Below, in pieces: positions 1 to 12,865 of a stretch of 64,000 nucleotides of DNA. The position numbers were made by a program, and so were the translations under genes. The notes under the pieces are model-generated. The model worked only from the letters and a program-made list of their open reading frames with translations, made no database searches and was not told the origin of the DNA. This stretch comes from Mustelus asterias (taxonomy: Eukaryota): the NCBI RefSeq assembly GCF_964213995.1, contig NC_135804.1:111724001-111788000 (forward strand), written 5' to 3'. Numbering within the stretch: position 1 is the first letter of the stretch; every line of letters starts with the position of its first letter.

Positions 1-66
1 ATATTTGTTTATGATTGCTTTAAATTGGGCCTGCTCTCTGGAGTGGCTACTCCATCTTCTAGGCAT
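1..66 (-). CDS. Possible start of the coding region of an unidentified minus-strand gene (MPRRWSSHSREQAQFKAIINKY..., open to window edge)
   Basis: ATG at 66-64 with an in-frame upstream stop. Candidate acceptors at 156/155 (pyrimidine-rich ...ccttttctgaAG) or 129/128. Upstream donor at 869 in the CpG island. Peptide not recognised. Confidence 0.25.
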   Translation of the reverse strand, partial: MPRRWSSHSREQAQFKAIINKY

Positions 67-869
67 TTGGAGATCCTCCTACTCAGTCCCCTGCCTATCT
101 CTTCACTGAAAGCGTCAATCTTCACGTCTGCAGTTACATGTAAATACAAACCACCTTCAGAAAAGGTTCACATTAAAGAAAGGAATGAGACAATAATCTC
201 AAAGCAATCAAGTTTCATTTCTTGTTCAAATACAAAACTCGAATTAGGCACACTCGTATTTAGTACACAATTTGGAAAAAAGTCCATTAAACCCTACAAT
301 GCTTTATGTAACTTAATACTATAGCTCATTCTGTTGGAGCAATGGTTTCAGTGTCACAACACTCGCGAACAGCTAGCTACTCTACAAAAAAAATAGAAAA
401 ACCACGCAACTCATTATTTTAAAAGACGGTACTGACAAACCTTGTCTGTAACACCACACGAGTCAGTCCATTAAATGCAAATGACAATCCCAGAAAATGG
501 AAAGAGAATCTAAAATAGCGGAAGGGATGGTGTTTTACTTAAGAGTTGCTTATTAACAAGGTTTGTATATATTTTTTTAAGTTTGTTTTTAGACAATACT
601 GACTTAGTCAAATGAGATTACTGAAGGCATCTGATCATTTCACCCTTAAATATCCCAGGGGGGTTTCCATGGAAACCAGAATGTGAGGGTGGAAAGGAAA
701 AAGGTACCAAGTGAGTGATGTTGCAGCAAAAAAAAACCCCATCAGGACAAGAACAGGGACACCTTGGAAAGCCACTCAGCTGCGACATTAAAAGGTTTCA
801 CAGATAAATAAAATCGCCTTTAGACTTTCATTAATGAAGACAAAAGAGGGAGACATAGACAGGACGTAC

Positions 870-960
870 CTCACACGTCACGCTCCAAGCAAACCACAGC
901 CACTGCCCCGTTCAACCCAACCTGCTGCTGCTGCTGCTGGACACGCCCCGCCCACCCTGA
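870..960 (-). other. Probable first (non-coding) exon of a minus-strand gene
   Basis: Donor GAG|GTACGT (exon ends 870) at the edge of a CpG island; contains a short CAG run. The 5' boundary is a guess. Confidence 0.45.
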
Positions 961-1075
961 CTGACAGCGGCCTCAGCCATTCACACGCCCAGTGCCAGTC
1001 CCGTCCTCCAATCCTTGAAGAGCCACAGGGCAGCCTTCGATCAAGTTCGGTTTCCTCACGCCACGCCACGCCCCG

Positions 1076-1201
1076 CCCCGCCCCCAGGCGCCTCCCCGCC
1101 CCCAGGCGCCTCCCCGCCCCCAGGCGCCTCCCCGCCCCCAGGCGCCTCCCCGCCCCCAGGCGCCTCCCCGCCCCCAGGCGCCTCCCCGCCCCCAGGCGCC
1201 T
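1076..1201 (+). repeat. Minisatellite, 7 perfect copies of CCCCGCCCCCAGGCGCCT (18 bp)
   Basis: Read directly; explains the (PAPRRL)n and (PPPGAS)n ORFs. Confidence 0.97.
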
Positions 1202-2096
1202 CCCCCTCCACCATCTCCTCACCTTCCTGCCCCTATTGTGGAGTAGAAGTGTTCTCCCCCTTCCGCCCCGGTGATAATCCCCACGCTGTCTGCTTCTGTT
1301 TATTTATAGTCAGGAAGCAGGCTCCAAGCTCTCTGTGGCAGGCTCGGAGGGTTGGAGCTGGCGTGTGCGGGTTATCCGGTGGCGGCCACGCCTTAAAGCG
1401 GGGACTACAGCTTCCAGAATGCCGAGACGCGGCGCCTGTGGGCCGGGTCGGCCTCTCCTCCACCCATCCGCAGCCCCGCTCCTGTCACTGGAACCGCACC
1501 AGTTTGCGCTGCACGAAATGGGAATGCAACGCCCACGTAGTCCTTAGTATCCCAGGAAACAGCTGCTCACACATCACGACTTTATAAAACTTGGACCAAA
1601 TGTTATGCTTTCTGACATGGTCCACTTAATTTTAAAGCAAAATCCTGTAGACGGTATAAAATTGTCATTGAAAAGGCAGCATTTCTGACAGCTATTTAAA
1701 AATGTTCAAATCAATCAATTTCGTGAGCATAGTCAATAGTATACCGTGTGGTGTGAGGTCGAATTCGTTTAGAAAAAACAATAACCAGCCTTTATGTCAG
1801 GAAAAATTTAGTCTACAAGGAACATTTTTCACACCTTTGTTGCTAGTCGGATTGGCGATTGTAGACGCGCATACCTTGACTAAAGATTGGAGGGACAAAA
1901 AGAGAACATAAAAAAAAACATTGTTGCTTTGTAGAGGGAAAGGGAACTTTGCACTTTCATCAACCCTTCTAAACTTGTTGGAAATTCATCTCAGTCAAAT
2001 ATGACAACAAGGTTGTGAACAGTCTGTTTATTCTCAGAGAGTTGCCCAGAAGTGGAATGGAGTTGGTAGCTAGAAACAATTTGGACTGAAGACCAT

Positions 2097-2294
2097 GGCT
2101 GGAATTTTCCAGCCGTTCACACCGGCAAGATCTTCTGGTCCTGCCAACGGCGCACCCCAACTGCAGGTTTCCCAGTGGTGAGGGGTGCATTGAACATAAA
2201 ATCCCATTGAACATCAGCAGAATCAAAAGATCCACTACCAGCCAATGACCGGCTGCCTCAAAACACGTGCTGGGTAGTGCGGAAAATCCCAGCC
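2097..2294. mobile_element. MITE-like non-autonomous DNA element
   Basis: 14-bp TIRs GGCTGGAATTTTCC / GGAAAATCCCAGCC (1 mismatch), CAT on both flanks. Confidence 0.6.
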
Positions 2295-3129
2295 CATGTC
2301 TCCAGTCTTCCCAATATTTAATTGGAGAACATTTCTGCCTGTCCAGTACTGGATGTCAGATAAGCAGTCAGTTAATTTAGCAACGTGGAGAAGTTGAGAA
2401 TGCCAGGCAGAGGAAAACCTGGTGATAACAAATTCACTGTTTGAAGTGAAGAGATTTGTAGAGATTTAAAAACCAAAAAGTCACCATGGGAAGTCAGGTT
2501 GATGATTCTCAAGAGACTGAGTGAAGGAACTTTCAAGGACCACTGGAAGACCCGCCCAACATGAACATATTGAATAGCCAAAAGGAGTTTGGGATTATAC
2601 TTCCAAGGCTACATATCTGCTCAGATTGTGGCATAATGTATAAACATGCTGTGGGGTTTTGATTGTGTTAATTTCTTAATGGGGAAATTAATTTTTCTGT
2701 AATTTAGAAAATGGGTTGCCTACCAAGTAACATAAGTCTGTGTTGATTTTAGTTTGTTGCAGTAAAAGTCTTAAAATATGAAATCCTGTCATAATTCTTT
2801 TCATCGGTCGCTAGAAAATGCATATCTCTTCAAAAATTGTTGATCTTTACAGTCAATTATATAATTATTTCCAGAAGCAGTTAACAATTTCACATTACTT
2901 AACTGTTCTAAAAATGCACATTATAAAAGTATGTTATAAAACAATTCTGTGAACCTGAGCAGGACTACTTAAGTCCTGTAGCAAAGATAATATAATGATT
3001 ATGTTCAAATTGACTTAAAAACAATGTCCCGGAGGCATTCAGCAGGGATACACTGACTGTCAATAACACTCCGGTTATTATAATTTAATTTTCGTATTGA
3101 CTGGACATTTCAAATTGGCAAAGGCCGTC

Positions 3130-4900
3130 TCTTTAGATACATTTGTAGAAATTTTTGTCAGCAGTTTCCTGGAACAATACATTGTGGAACCGACTAAGGA
3201 TAAGTCTATTTTAGATCTTGAATTGTGCAACAAGGCAGTTTAATTAGTAATCTCATAGTAAAAGATTTTCTGGAGAAAAAGTGAATATAATACCAGATTA
3301 AGTTTGAAAGCAACATACTCCAGTCCCGAAAAAGAATCTTAAACTTAAAGTCAATTCCGTAGTTACGTTGGGAGCGCTGGTTAAAGTTGATTGGACAAAA
3401 TAGATTAAAAGGTATGGTAAATTAGCAGTGGGAAACATTTAAAAAATGATTCACAATGTTCAATAAAAATACAATGAGGACCTCTGTGCTTGGAAAAGCC
3501 TGAATTTTATCTTGTGTGATGTCTCTTTAAGAACAGGCTGGGGAGTATTTTTATAGGGGGTTAATTGGGTTTCTGATTTTGGCAGTTCTGAAGACTGAGA
3601 ATTTGTGCAAAGAATAAACAAGCTAGGTTCTCTCTGATTGGAACAGTTCGGCAGTCTTTGAACTGATCCTGGTGTTGAATCAGGTCTCTGAAAATAGAGA
3701 AAAGACTGAACTTTCTGTGTTATGCGGTTGGAAAGCGCAAAACTCTGAAGACAGAAAGAGTGAGGGATTGTGGATTGGTGCATTACCGTTGTTGCTGTTG
3801 AAGTGATTCCAGAGCCTAAAAGAATGTTTAAATGAGTTAGAGAAAGAGTTCTAGAGTTCTAAAAGAAGTATTTGCAGAGATCGTGGATACAGTGGCTAAG
3901 ATTATACACTAGTTCCTAGACTTTGGAACAGTGCCAGTGGTCTTGAAGTTGGCAAATGTGACACTGCTATTCGTGAAAGGAGGCAGAGAGAAAACAAGGA
4001 ACGATAAAAGTACAAAGTAAAGTTTATTTATTTGTCACAAGTAAGGCTTATATTAACACTGCAATGAAGTTACTGTGAAATTCTCCTCGTCGCCACAGTC
4101 CAGTGCCTGTTCAGGTCAATTCTCCTAACCAGCACGTTTTTCAGACTGTGGGAGGAAACCAGAGCACCCAGAGGAAACCCATGCAGATACAGGGAGAACG
4201 TGCAAACTCCACACAGATAGTGATCCAAGCCAGGAATTGAACCCGGGTCCCTGACGCTGTGAGGCAGCAGTGCTAACCACTGTGCCACCCAGACCAGTTA
4301 GTCTGACATCAGAGCAACATCAGATGCAGAGACAAGCCAACAGCACAGGTTCAATTCCCGTACCAGCTAAGGTTATTCATGAAGGCCCACCTTCTCAACC
4401 TTGCCTCTCCCCTGAATGCAGTAACCTCAGTTAAATCACCATCAGTCACAGCCTATGGTCATCTGGGACTAGGGTGACTTTCCCTTTTATTCTGACATCA
4501 GTCACCAGAAAAATGCTGGAATCTATTATTGAGATAATGTTAACAATGTACTTTAAAAAACTTAATATTGTATGATTAAAGTCAACAAGATTTTAGGAAG
4601 AGCAATTATGTTTAACAAATTTATTAGAAATTTTTGAGGATCCAATTAATATGGTAGATAAAGGGGAATTAGTAGACTTTAGTAAACTTTCATTAGTAAA
4701 CTTTCATTTCTAAAAGCCATTTAATAAGGTGCCACAAAAAAGCTAATATAGAAGATCAAGACTCATGAAGTTGGCGGTAACAGATTAACATGGATAATTG
4801 ACTGGATAATGGACAGGAAGCTGAGAATAATGATAACTGGGCATTTTCAAGTTGGCAGGCTGTAACCAGTGGAGGACCACAAGGATCAATGTTGGGTCTG
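3130..4900 (+). mobile_element. Old CR1-type LINE ORF2 fragments interrupted by younger insertions
   Basis: Degenerate endonuclease and RT segments (e.g. 3170-3480, 3870-4000, 4490-4900 ending in a PQGSMLG-like motif). Confidence 0.65.
4008..4290 (-). mobile_element. tRNA-headed V-SINE, alternative-tail subfamily
   Basis: GGTGGCACAGTGGTTAGCACTGCTGCCTCACAGC head, V-domain core, tail TTCACAGTAACTTCATTGCAGTGTTAAT..CCTTACTTGTGACAAATAAA. Confidence 0.85.
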
Positions 4901-5530
4901 CATTATTGTTACAAAAGCATAAATTTATTATTGTTATGTTTTAAGATTGCAACTTATGGTTTATAATATATTATCACAGGAGACTGGTTTTAAATGTGGG
5001 ATGGATGAAATAAGGCTTGGTCTGGATAGCTTATTAGACAGGCCTGGAGTAAGGACAAATCAAAGGGAAGCCGATGATATGTTAGTGAAGGCAACTTGAA
5101 GGGTGTTAAACAATGGGAGCCTTGTTAACTATCTCTTGAGGAAACAGTCTATCTTTGAGGGTTTAAATTATCCATGTACTTGAAGGTACCTGGTAAACAA
5201 AGTAATGTTTTAAAGTATCCATATACTTTTCAGATCATAGGACAGGTTTAAAAGTCAATTTGTTGAGGCTAGGAACGTTCTTTTGTACTAATATATAACT
5301 TCTGTTTTGACTGTGAGGCAGTCAGCCTGGAAGCAGTCAACTTGGAAAACAGTCTGTGTCTAGTGGAGCTTGGAGAAGGCAGAGAGAGAGAATCTGCCAG
5401 CAGCAAGAACAAGTGGCAGACAATGGGAACACCAGGAACCAGGGTTGGTTATGATTTGGAATCAGTATACAAGGATGCAAGTGAGGCCCATGCTCAGATT
5501 GGGGAAATCCAAATTAATGGTGTTGAATGG

Positions 5531-6375
5531 GGGGCCGATCTTACCAAAAATATTCTAAGTGCCAAATGAGATTGGAAATGGGAGAGAATTGCGCACATTG
5601 TTTCAGCGAGCTTTCAGACACATGCCACTTACTGCAAAAAAAGGGGCAAAGTGTAATTCATGTCAGAAGGGGGAGTGGGTGGAATCTATGCTCACTGGAA
5701 AGCCGGCTGTTCACAGATAGAGGATGCTATTGTGCATGCACAGATCTCAGTGTTCTGTGTAAAGTGTACATAGAACACTGAAGTTCAGCCATTCACCCAC
5801 CCTCCCCTAGAGATTGCTATGCCGCATTCTCCCGATCACTGGCCCCATTGACTGATCACCCTCCCCCACCACCATCCCCCCTCCGGATATCACCTGATAC
5901 ATTCCCATCCCCGGCTGATTGCTGCCCTGATACCCCCTCCCCCCTGCTGATCAACCCCCCCCCCCCCCCCCCCCCCCATACACCTGGCCGATCGCTGCCC
6001 CGGGCAATCCCTGATTGCAGAGTGTGCAGTTCCCCCAGCCCGCTCCTCCCCTTAGGCTCTGCTCTTTGGCACTGCCTGGTGGGCAGTGCCAGGTGCCTGG
6101 TGGTCACTGCCAGGTTGGCATTGCTGGGGACCATACGTGATCCTCACTGGTGAGGACTTCTACCGGCGAAGTCGCTAAGGCAAATGAGTCTGAACAATTG
6201 CATCCCGGGCTGACTAATAATATTGAAATGAATATTTAAATCACACTGGCAATCCAGGGCCGGTTAGATCACGAGAGGTGAGAAACCGGGCGCAAACCCA
6301 GTTTTTCACCTCTCTCGCGATATTACCGGCTCGCTATGCCAGTCAACTGGTGTGACAAGCTGGTAGGTTCGCCCT
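5531..6375. mobile_element. Non-autonomous DNA element with imperfect TIRs and C-rich interior
   Basis: GGGCCGATCTTACC at left and GGTAGGTTCGCCC at right; CpG-rich interior. Confidence 0.45.
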
Positions 6376-6464
6376 CATGAAGTTTCTAAGTAGGGCTGGA
6401 GGATTTGCCTGGCCAGATGCTAATGGGAGAATCTACAAGAAACCTGTCACCTTGGAAGAGCTTT

Positions 6465-7348
6465 GTTCTTATTCTTTCACTTGATGTGAGTGTCATTGGC
6501 TAGGCCAGAATTTGTTGCCTATACCTAACAGCCCTTGAGGAGGTGGTGGTGGTGAGCTGCATTCTTAAATCGTTGCATTTAATGTTGTTAGTACACCAAC
6601 AATGCTGTTACGAAGGGAGTTCCAGGACTTTGGCCCAGCAATAGTGATGGAATGGTAATATAGATCCAAGTCAAGATGATGTGTGTCTTGGAGAGGAACA
6701 TGCAATTGGTGATGTTCTCATGCACCTACTGCTCTTGGCTGCCTAGGTGGTAGTTGTCGGTTTGGAAAGTGCTGTTAAAGGAACTTTGATGAGTTGCTGC
6801 ATTGCATCTTGCACATGTTTGCCACTGTGCTTTGGCAGTGGAAAGAGTGAATGTTTAAAGTGGTGGATGGGATGCCAATCAAACAGGCTGGTTTGCTCTG
6901 AATGGGAATTCTTGAGTGTTTTTGGAGCTCAATGGCTCCTGGCAAATGGTGAGTATTCCATCACACTCTTGACTTGTGTCTTGTACATGGTGGACAGGCT
7001 TTGGGTGTCTGGAGATGAGTTACCACAGAATTCCCAGCCTCTGATCTGCTCTTGTAGCCACAAGAGTTAGATAGTTCAGTTCAGTTACTGGTCATTGGCA
7101 AGCCCCAGGATGTTGATAGTGAGGGATTCAGGGATATTCAGTGAATATCAAAGGGAGATGATTAGATTCTCACTTGTTGAAATTGGTCATTGGCTGGCAT
7201 TTGTGTGGCATGAATATCACTTGTAATTATCATCCCAAGCCTAAATGTTGTCCTGGCCTTGCTGCATATGGACACAGATTACTTCAGTATCTGAGAAGTC
7301 ACAAATGATATTGATCATTGTGTAATCATCAGCAAACATCTCCACTTG
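6465..7348 (-). mobile_element. 3' part of a CR1/L2-group LINE (second family)
   Basis: MFADD RT motif in ORF 7241-7450; homologous to 52195-54500. Confidence 0.75.
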
Positions 7349-7855
7349 CTGAAGATACAAAGCTAGGTGGGAATGTAAACTGAGGACACAAAGAGGTTGC
7401 AAAGGGTGAAGATATTCACTTTGATAGTTAGAACAGGAGGTGTGCAACACCTAAATACTCATGTTTAGAGAGATTTGGATGTACTTGTACATTCAGCATA
7501 CAGATACAGCAAACAATTAGGAAGGCCAATGACCAGTTGTCTATATTGCAAGGGATTGAAGTATGAGAATAAGGAAGCCTTATACAGACTTTTGGTGAGA
7601 CCACACCTGGAGAACTGTGTGCAGTTTTGGTCTCCATATTTAAGGAAAGATATACTTGCATTAGAAGTGGTACAGTGAAAGTTCACGAGATTGGTTCCTA
7701 GGATGAGAGGATCCTATGTTAAGAGACTGGGTAAATTGGGCCGATTCACTCCGAAGTTTAGGAAAATGAGAGGTGATCATTGAAACATACAAGATTCTGA
7801 AGGGGGCGTGACAGTGAGACACTGAAACGTTGTTTCCCCCAACTGGAAAATCTAG
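7349..7855 (+). mobile_element. CR1 LINE RT C-terminal fragment
   Basis: [29 protein letters not shown]. Confidence 0.85.
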
Positions 7856-7868
7856 ACGACGAAGACGG

Positions 7869-8128
7869 AAGTTTGCACATCTTCCCCTTGTATGCGTGGG
7901 TTTTTTCTGGATGCTCTGGTTTCCTCCCACAGTCCAAAGATTGCAGGTTAGGTGGATTGGCCATGCTAAATTGCTCCTTAGTGTCCCAGGATGTGTGGGT
8001 TATGAGGATCAGCGGGGTAAATATGTGGGGTTATGGGGATAGGGCCTGGGTAGAATGCTTTATCAGAGGGTCGGTGCAGACTCAATGGGCTGAATGGCCT
8101 CCTTCTGCACTGTAGGGATTCTATGATT
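7869..8128 (+). mobile_element. HE1-type V-SINE, 5'-truncated
   Basis: Core plus CR1-like tail ...TGGCCTCCTTCTGCACTGTAGGGATTCTATGATT. Confidence 0.85.
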
Positions 8129-8427
8129 CACAGTTTGTCATGTTGTATTCCATCTGCTATGTTCTTGCCCACTCACCCAACCTGTCTATATTGCTCTGCG
8201 CATTCTCTTCACTGCTTACTTTTCCACCTAACTTTGTATGACCAACAAACTTGGATATGTTACACTCAGTCCCCTCCTCTAAGTTATCAATATAAATTGC
8301 AAACAGCTGAAGCACAAGTATTTATCTTTCCAGTACCTCACTAGTTACAACCATGGTCCCTTGTATCATGTTGTGAATTACTTTTTGTCCTAATTTCTGA
8401 TTTTAAGTAATTAAGCCTCAGACAATT

Positions 8428-8930
8428 AAGCGGTCACGGACATTCGGCCTCTGACCTTCGGGTAAGCGTTCTCCAAGGCGGCCTTCACGACACACGACAA
8501 CGCAGAGTCGCTGAGCAGAGACTGATAGCCAAGTTCTACACACATGAGGACGGCCTCAACTGGGATCTTGGGTTCATGTCACACTATCTGTAACCCCCAC
8601 GACTTGCCTGGGCTTGCAAAATCTCACTAACTGTCCTGTCTGGAGACAATACACATCTCTTTAACCTGTGCTTAATGCTCTCTCCACTCACATTGTCTGT
8701 ACCTTTAAGACTTGATTAGCTGTAAAGACTCGCATTCCAATCATTATTTTGTAAATTAAGTTTGTGTCTTTATATGCCCTGTTTGTGAACAGATCTCCCA
8801 CTCACCTGACGAAGGAGCAGCGCTCCGAAAGCTAGTGGTGTTTGCTACCAAATAAACCTGTTGGACTTTAACCTGGTGTTGTGAGACTTCTTACTGTGTT
8901 CATCCCAGTCCAATGCCGGCATCTCCACAT
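8428..8930 (+). mobile_element. Penelope-like element 3' fragment (family A)
   Basis: C-terminus of the endonuclease region (RRVAEQRLIAKF.THEDGLN.DLGFM), 3' UTR, hammerhead motif, tail ...CCGGCATCTCCACAT; homologous to 10310-10940. Confidence 0.85.
8801..8840 (+). ncRNA. Minimal type I hammerhead ribozyme motif
   Basis: CAC-CUGACGA-A-GGAGC(agc)GCUCC-GAAA-GC-UA-GUG. Confidence 0.75.
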
Positions 8931-10309
8931 GCTGAATCATACCCAGAAGTGCATCTATTTACTGATCTTCTTACTCACTGTTAAAAATTGCATTTCTAAT
9001 TGTGGCCGTTCCCACAGGGAAAATTCAAGAACCCTTGTGGTAAATTGAGACCAGCCAATACTATACTATCAACAAGCTGAAAATCAAGTTTAATTGTTTT
9101 AGATTCTGGCATTTTATGTTAACGTCAGGCACTATTAATAACAAGAGTTGCTGACACAAGCCTGCTAAATCATAAATAAGCACAATTTATAAAGCTAATG
9201 AAATTGATTTTTGAATTACTTGTAACAATTTGATAAAAGCATTTCTGAATATGAAATATCCTCTCAAAACATTTTAATGAATCATCTGTTAAGCTGTCTA
9301 GTGGGTAAACTCCTGCAACAGAAAAGGCTATTTGCATAAGCAAAACCAGAACTTGTTGAGAATTTATTCCCCAATAAAATGGTCCAAAAGGTGAATCTTC
9401 CTTTTTTAAAAAATTATGTTTCATGCCTCAACACCAGACACAGTCCAAAATGACTTACCCAATAGGATTTTCCACATGCTGTATATTTAAACAAGATAGA
9501 TTTGTTACTGAAAGATAGCACAGAAAAAGCACTTAATGGGTAAATGTGGGATTATGCTGTGCTTGGCAACAAGGTAAAGAACTGAAATGGGAATTTTTAA
9601 AAAATCACAAAGCTGAATAACATCAATTCTTTATCTTTTGGCTATTTCTATCCCAGCTTCCTCTCATTCTGAAATAGTATTAATATCAATTTCAGAGCTC
9701 AGAGAGAGTCAATTCTGTAACTATTTTAGTGGAACAGATAATACACTGCAAACGGTTCCCTTTTAGTGCATCTGCTACGCAGTACTTGATAGGCCAGAAA
9801 TTACTGGAAATGTAACGAGAAGTTTAATGCACACACCATTATTAGTGTGTAAACAACCCAGCAATTTCTGGTGAGGCAGAAATACCGTGTGTGTTGCAAA
9901 TCAAGTGTCTTGTCACAAATTGCTGGATGATTTGCACCGCTACACCATTTACCTCATAAAAATGACAGTGTACCATCAAACTCCAAGCGATTTAAGAAAA
10001 TACTGCCCACATTCACCACAAGAAGTTAATTGCGATACTTCACATTAGTTTAGAAAAGTATCCTCTGAAGCGGAGGTGTTAAAGCTGCAAAGGGATTTGT
10101 ATGTATATTAAAGTTATGCACCGGTTCAAGAAGGCAGCTCACCTTCTTAAGGGTATTTAGGGACAGGCAATAAATGCTAGCCTAGTAAGCAATGCCCACA
10201 TCCTTTCAATTTGTTTTTCAAATGTTGGCTAAGCTTGAAGGACATCATGAGTTAAGAGGTCAGGCTCAAGGAACCAAGAGAAGACCTCAGTCCTGGGATC
10301 CATGGGAAT

Positions 10310-10940
10310 ACAGTAAGAGTTTTAACAACACCAGGTTAAAGTCCAACAGGTTTATTTGGAAGCAAATGCCATTAGCTTTCGGAGCGCTGCTCCTTCGTCA
10401 GATGGAGTGGATATCTGCTCTCAAACAGGGCATACAGAGACACAAAATCAAGTTACAGAATACTGATTAGAATGCGAATCTCTACAGCCAACCAGGTCTT
10501 AAATATACAGACAATGTGAGCGGAGGGAGCATTAAACACAGGTTAAAGAGATGTGTATTGTCTCCAGATAGGACAGCCAGTGAGATTCTGCAAGTCCAGG
10601 AGGCAAGCTGTGGTTACTGATAGTGTGACATGAACCCAAGATTCTGGTTTAGGCCGTCCTCATGTGTGCGGAACTTGGCTATCAGTTTCTGCTCAGCGAC
10701 TCTGCGCTGTCGTGTGTCGTGAAGGCCGCCTTGGAGAACGCTTACCCGAAGATCAGAGGCTGAATGCCCGTGACCACTGAAGTGCTCCCCCACAGGAAGA
10801 GGACAGTCTTGCCTGTCGAGCGGTGTTCATTCATCCGTTGTCGTAGCATCTGCATGGTTTCCCCAATGTACCATGCCTCAGGACATCCTTTCCTGCAGCG
10901 TATCAGGTAGACAACGTTGGCTGACTCTCTGCATCTCCAC
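10310..10940 (-). mobile_element. Penelope-like element (family A) with GIY-YIG remnant and 12-bp TSD
   Basis: ANVVYLIRCRKGCPEAWYIGETMQMLRQRMNEHRS; ATCCATGGGAAT at 10298-10309 and 10941-10952. Confidence 0.9.
10369..10410 (-). ncRNA. Minimal hammerhead ribozyme motif
   Basis: CCAU-CUGACGA-A-GGAGC(agc)GCUCC-GAAA-GC-UA-AUGG. Confidence 0.75.
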
Positions 10941-11541
10941 ATCCATGGGAATGACAGGGAAAGACACACTGAATTTGTGTATTGTGTCATGCCTCGACTA
11001 ATGAAGTGTTAAGCATCAGTCTTTATTCTCCAATAAATCTTGTTAGTTTGCCTTCTAAATTAATGCTTGTCCTTTTTGCCAGAATGGTTATTCCTTGATG
11101 AGAAGTTTCTTATTCTGGGGTTTAATATACTCCTTGTGTATCCCTAAACAAAATATTCATTTAATACCTTAGCCCTGCCTCTATGCGCAAATCCACTTTT
11201 TGGACCCTAATCGGCCCCTCTCTAATTTTTACCACTCTTTTACTAAATGAAAAGATTTATGCTTGTGCAATGCCACTGAATCTCTCCAGCCAGAAAGACA
11301 ACAATCTTTCTCTTTCTGTATCTGATTTGTCTCTAATATAACTCGTTTCCTTCTCCATCACTATTCTTTCTCTACTCTCAAATCTCGTTGGTTAAGGAGG
11401 CAGTCTATTAATTCTACCATTCACCAAGGTGCCAGATGCCCCATCAACTTCATTACACCATTTTCTGCTTACACCTCCAGAAATTTACAGCGCAAACATT
11501 TTCAGGCTAAAGGGAGAGAAGTAAAAATCAAATGAGACACC

Positions 11542-12865
11542 TTGTGAAATTATTGGAAGAGATTCTTAGGGACAGGATTTACTCACATTTGGAAACAAAT
11601 GAATTTATTAGTGATTGACAGCATGGTTTTGTGAAGGGGAGATCGTGCCTCACTAACCTGATCATGTTTTTCGAGGAAGTGACGAAGATGATAGATGACG
11701 GTGATGCTGCATACATGGACTTCAGTGAAGCCCTGGTACCTCATGTTAGACTGGTACGAAAGATGAAGTCACACGGGATCAGAGGAGAGCTGGCAAAATG
11801 GATACAGAACTGGCCTGGCCATAGATGACAGAGGGGTGCTTTTCTGAATGGAAGGCTGTGACCAGCGGTGTTCCACAGGGATCAGTTCTGGGGCCTTTGT
11901 TGTTCGTAGTATATAAGATTTGGAGGAAAATGTAGCTGGTCTGATTAGTAAGTTCACAGATGACACAAAGATTGGCGGAGTTGTGGATAATGAAGAGGAT
12001 TGTCAGAGGATACAGCAAGATATAGACCGGTTGGAGACTTGGGCAGAGAAATGGCAGATGGAGTTTAATCCGGACAAGTGTGAGGTAATGCATTTTGGAA
12101 GGTCCAATGCATGTGGGAATTATACAGTAAATGTAGAACCCTTAGGAGTATTGACAGGCAGAAAGATCTGGGCATACGTGTCCACCGATTACAAAGTGAC
12201 AATGCAGGTGGACAAGGTAATGAAGGCGGCTTACAGCATGCTTCCTTCATCGGTCAGGGCATTGAGTATAAAAATTGGCAGGTCATACTGCAGCTGTACA
12301 GAACCTTAGTTAGGCCTCATTTGGAATATTGTGTACAAATCTGGTCGCCACACTACCGGAAGAATGTGGATGCTTTGGAGAGTATACAGAAGAGGTTTAC
12401 CAGGATGTTGCCTGGTCTGGAGGATATTAACTATGAGGAAAGGTTGGATAAACTCGGTTTGTTCGCACTGGAACGACACAGGTTGAGGGGTGACTTGATA
12501 GAGGTTTACAAGATTATGAGTGGCATGGACAGAGTGGATAGTCAGGTGCTCTTTCCTACGGTAGAAAAGTCAAGTACTAGGGGGACATAGGTTTAGGGTG
12601 CATGAGGAAAAGTTCGGAGGAGATGTGCGAGGCAAGTTTTTTTTCACACTGAGGGCAGTGAATGTCTGGAGCGTACTGCCCGGGGAGGTGGTGGGAGCGG
12701 GTACGATAGCCGCATTTAAAGGGGCATCTAGATGAACACATGAATAGGATGGGAATGGAAGGATACGGACTCTAAGTGCATACGGTTTTAGTTTAGGCAG
12801 GCATCATGATCGGCACAGGCTTGGAGGGCTGAAGGGCCTGTTCCTGTGCTGTACCGTTCTTTGTT
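11542..12865 (+). mobile_element. CR1/HER1-type LINE, 5'-truncated and frameshifted
   Basis: [43 protein letters not shown]; 3' end GAAGGGCCTGTTCCTGTGCTGTACCGTTCTTTGTTC. Confidence 0.92.

Larger units (their letters stand above)
860..1540. promoter_or_regulatory. CpG island / GC-rich promoter
   Basis: Dense CpG and many CCGCCC GC boxes in an otherwise AT-rich, CpG-depleted window. Confidence 0.75.

Noticed and set aside
834-1587. ORFs with (PAPRRL)n, (PPPGAS)n and (GAGRRL)n repeats
   Set aside because: All are translations of the stop-free 18-bp minisatellite in a GC-rich island; a CRISPR-like array is also excluded because there are no spacers
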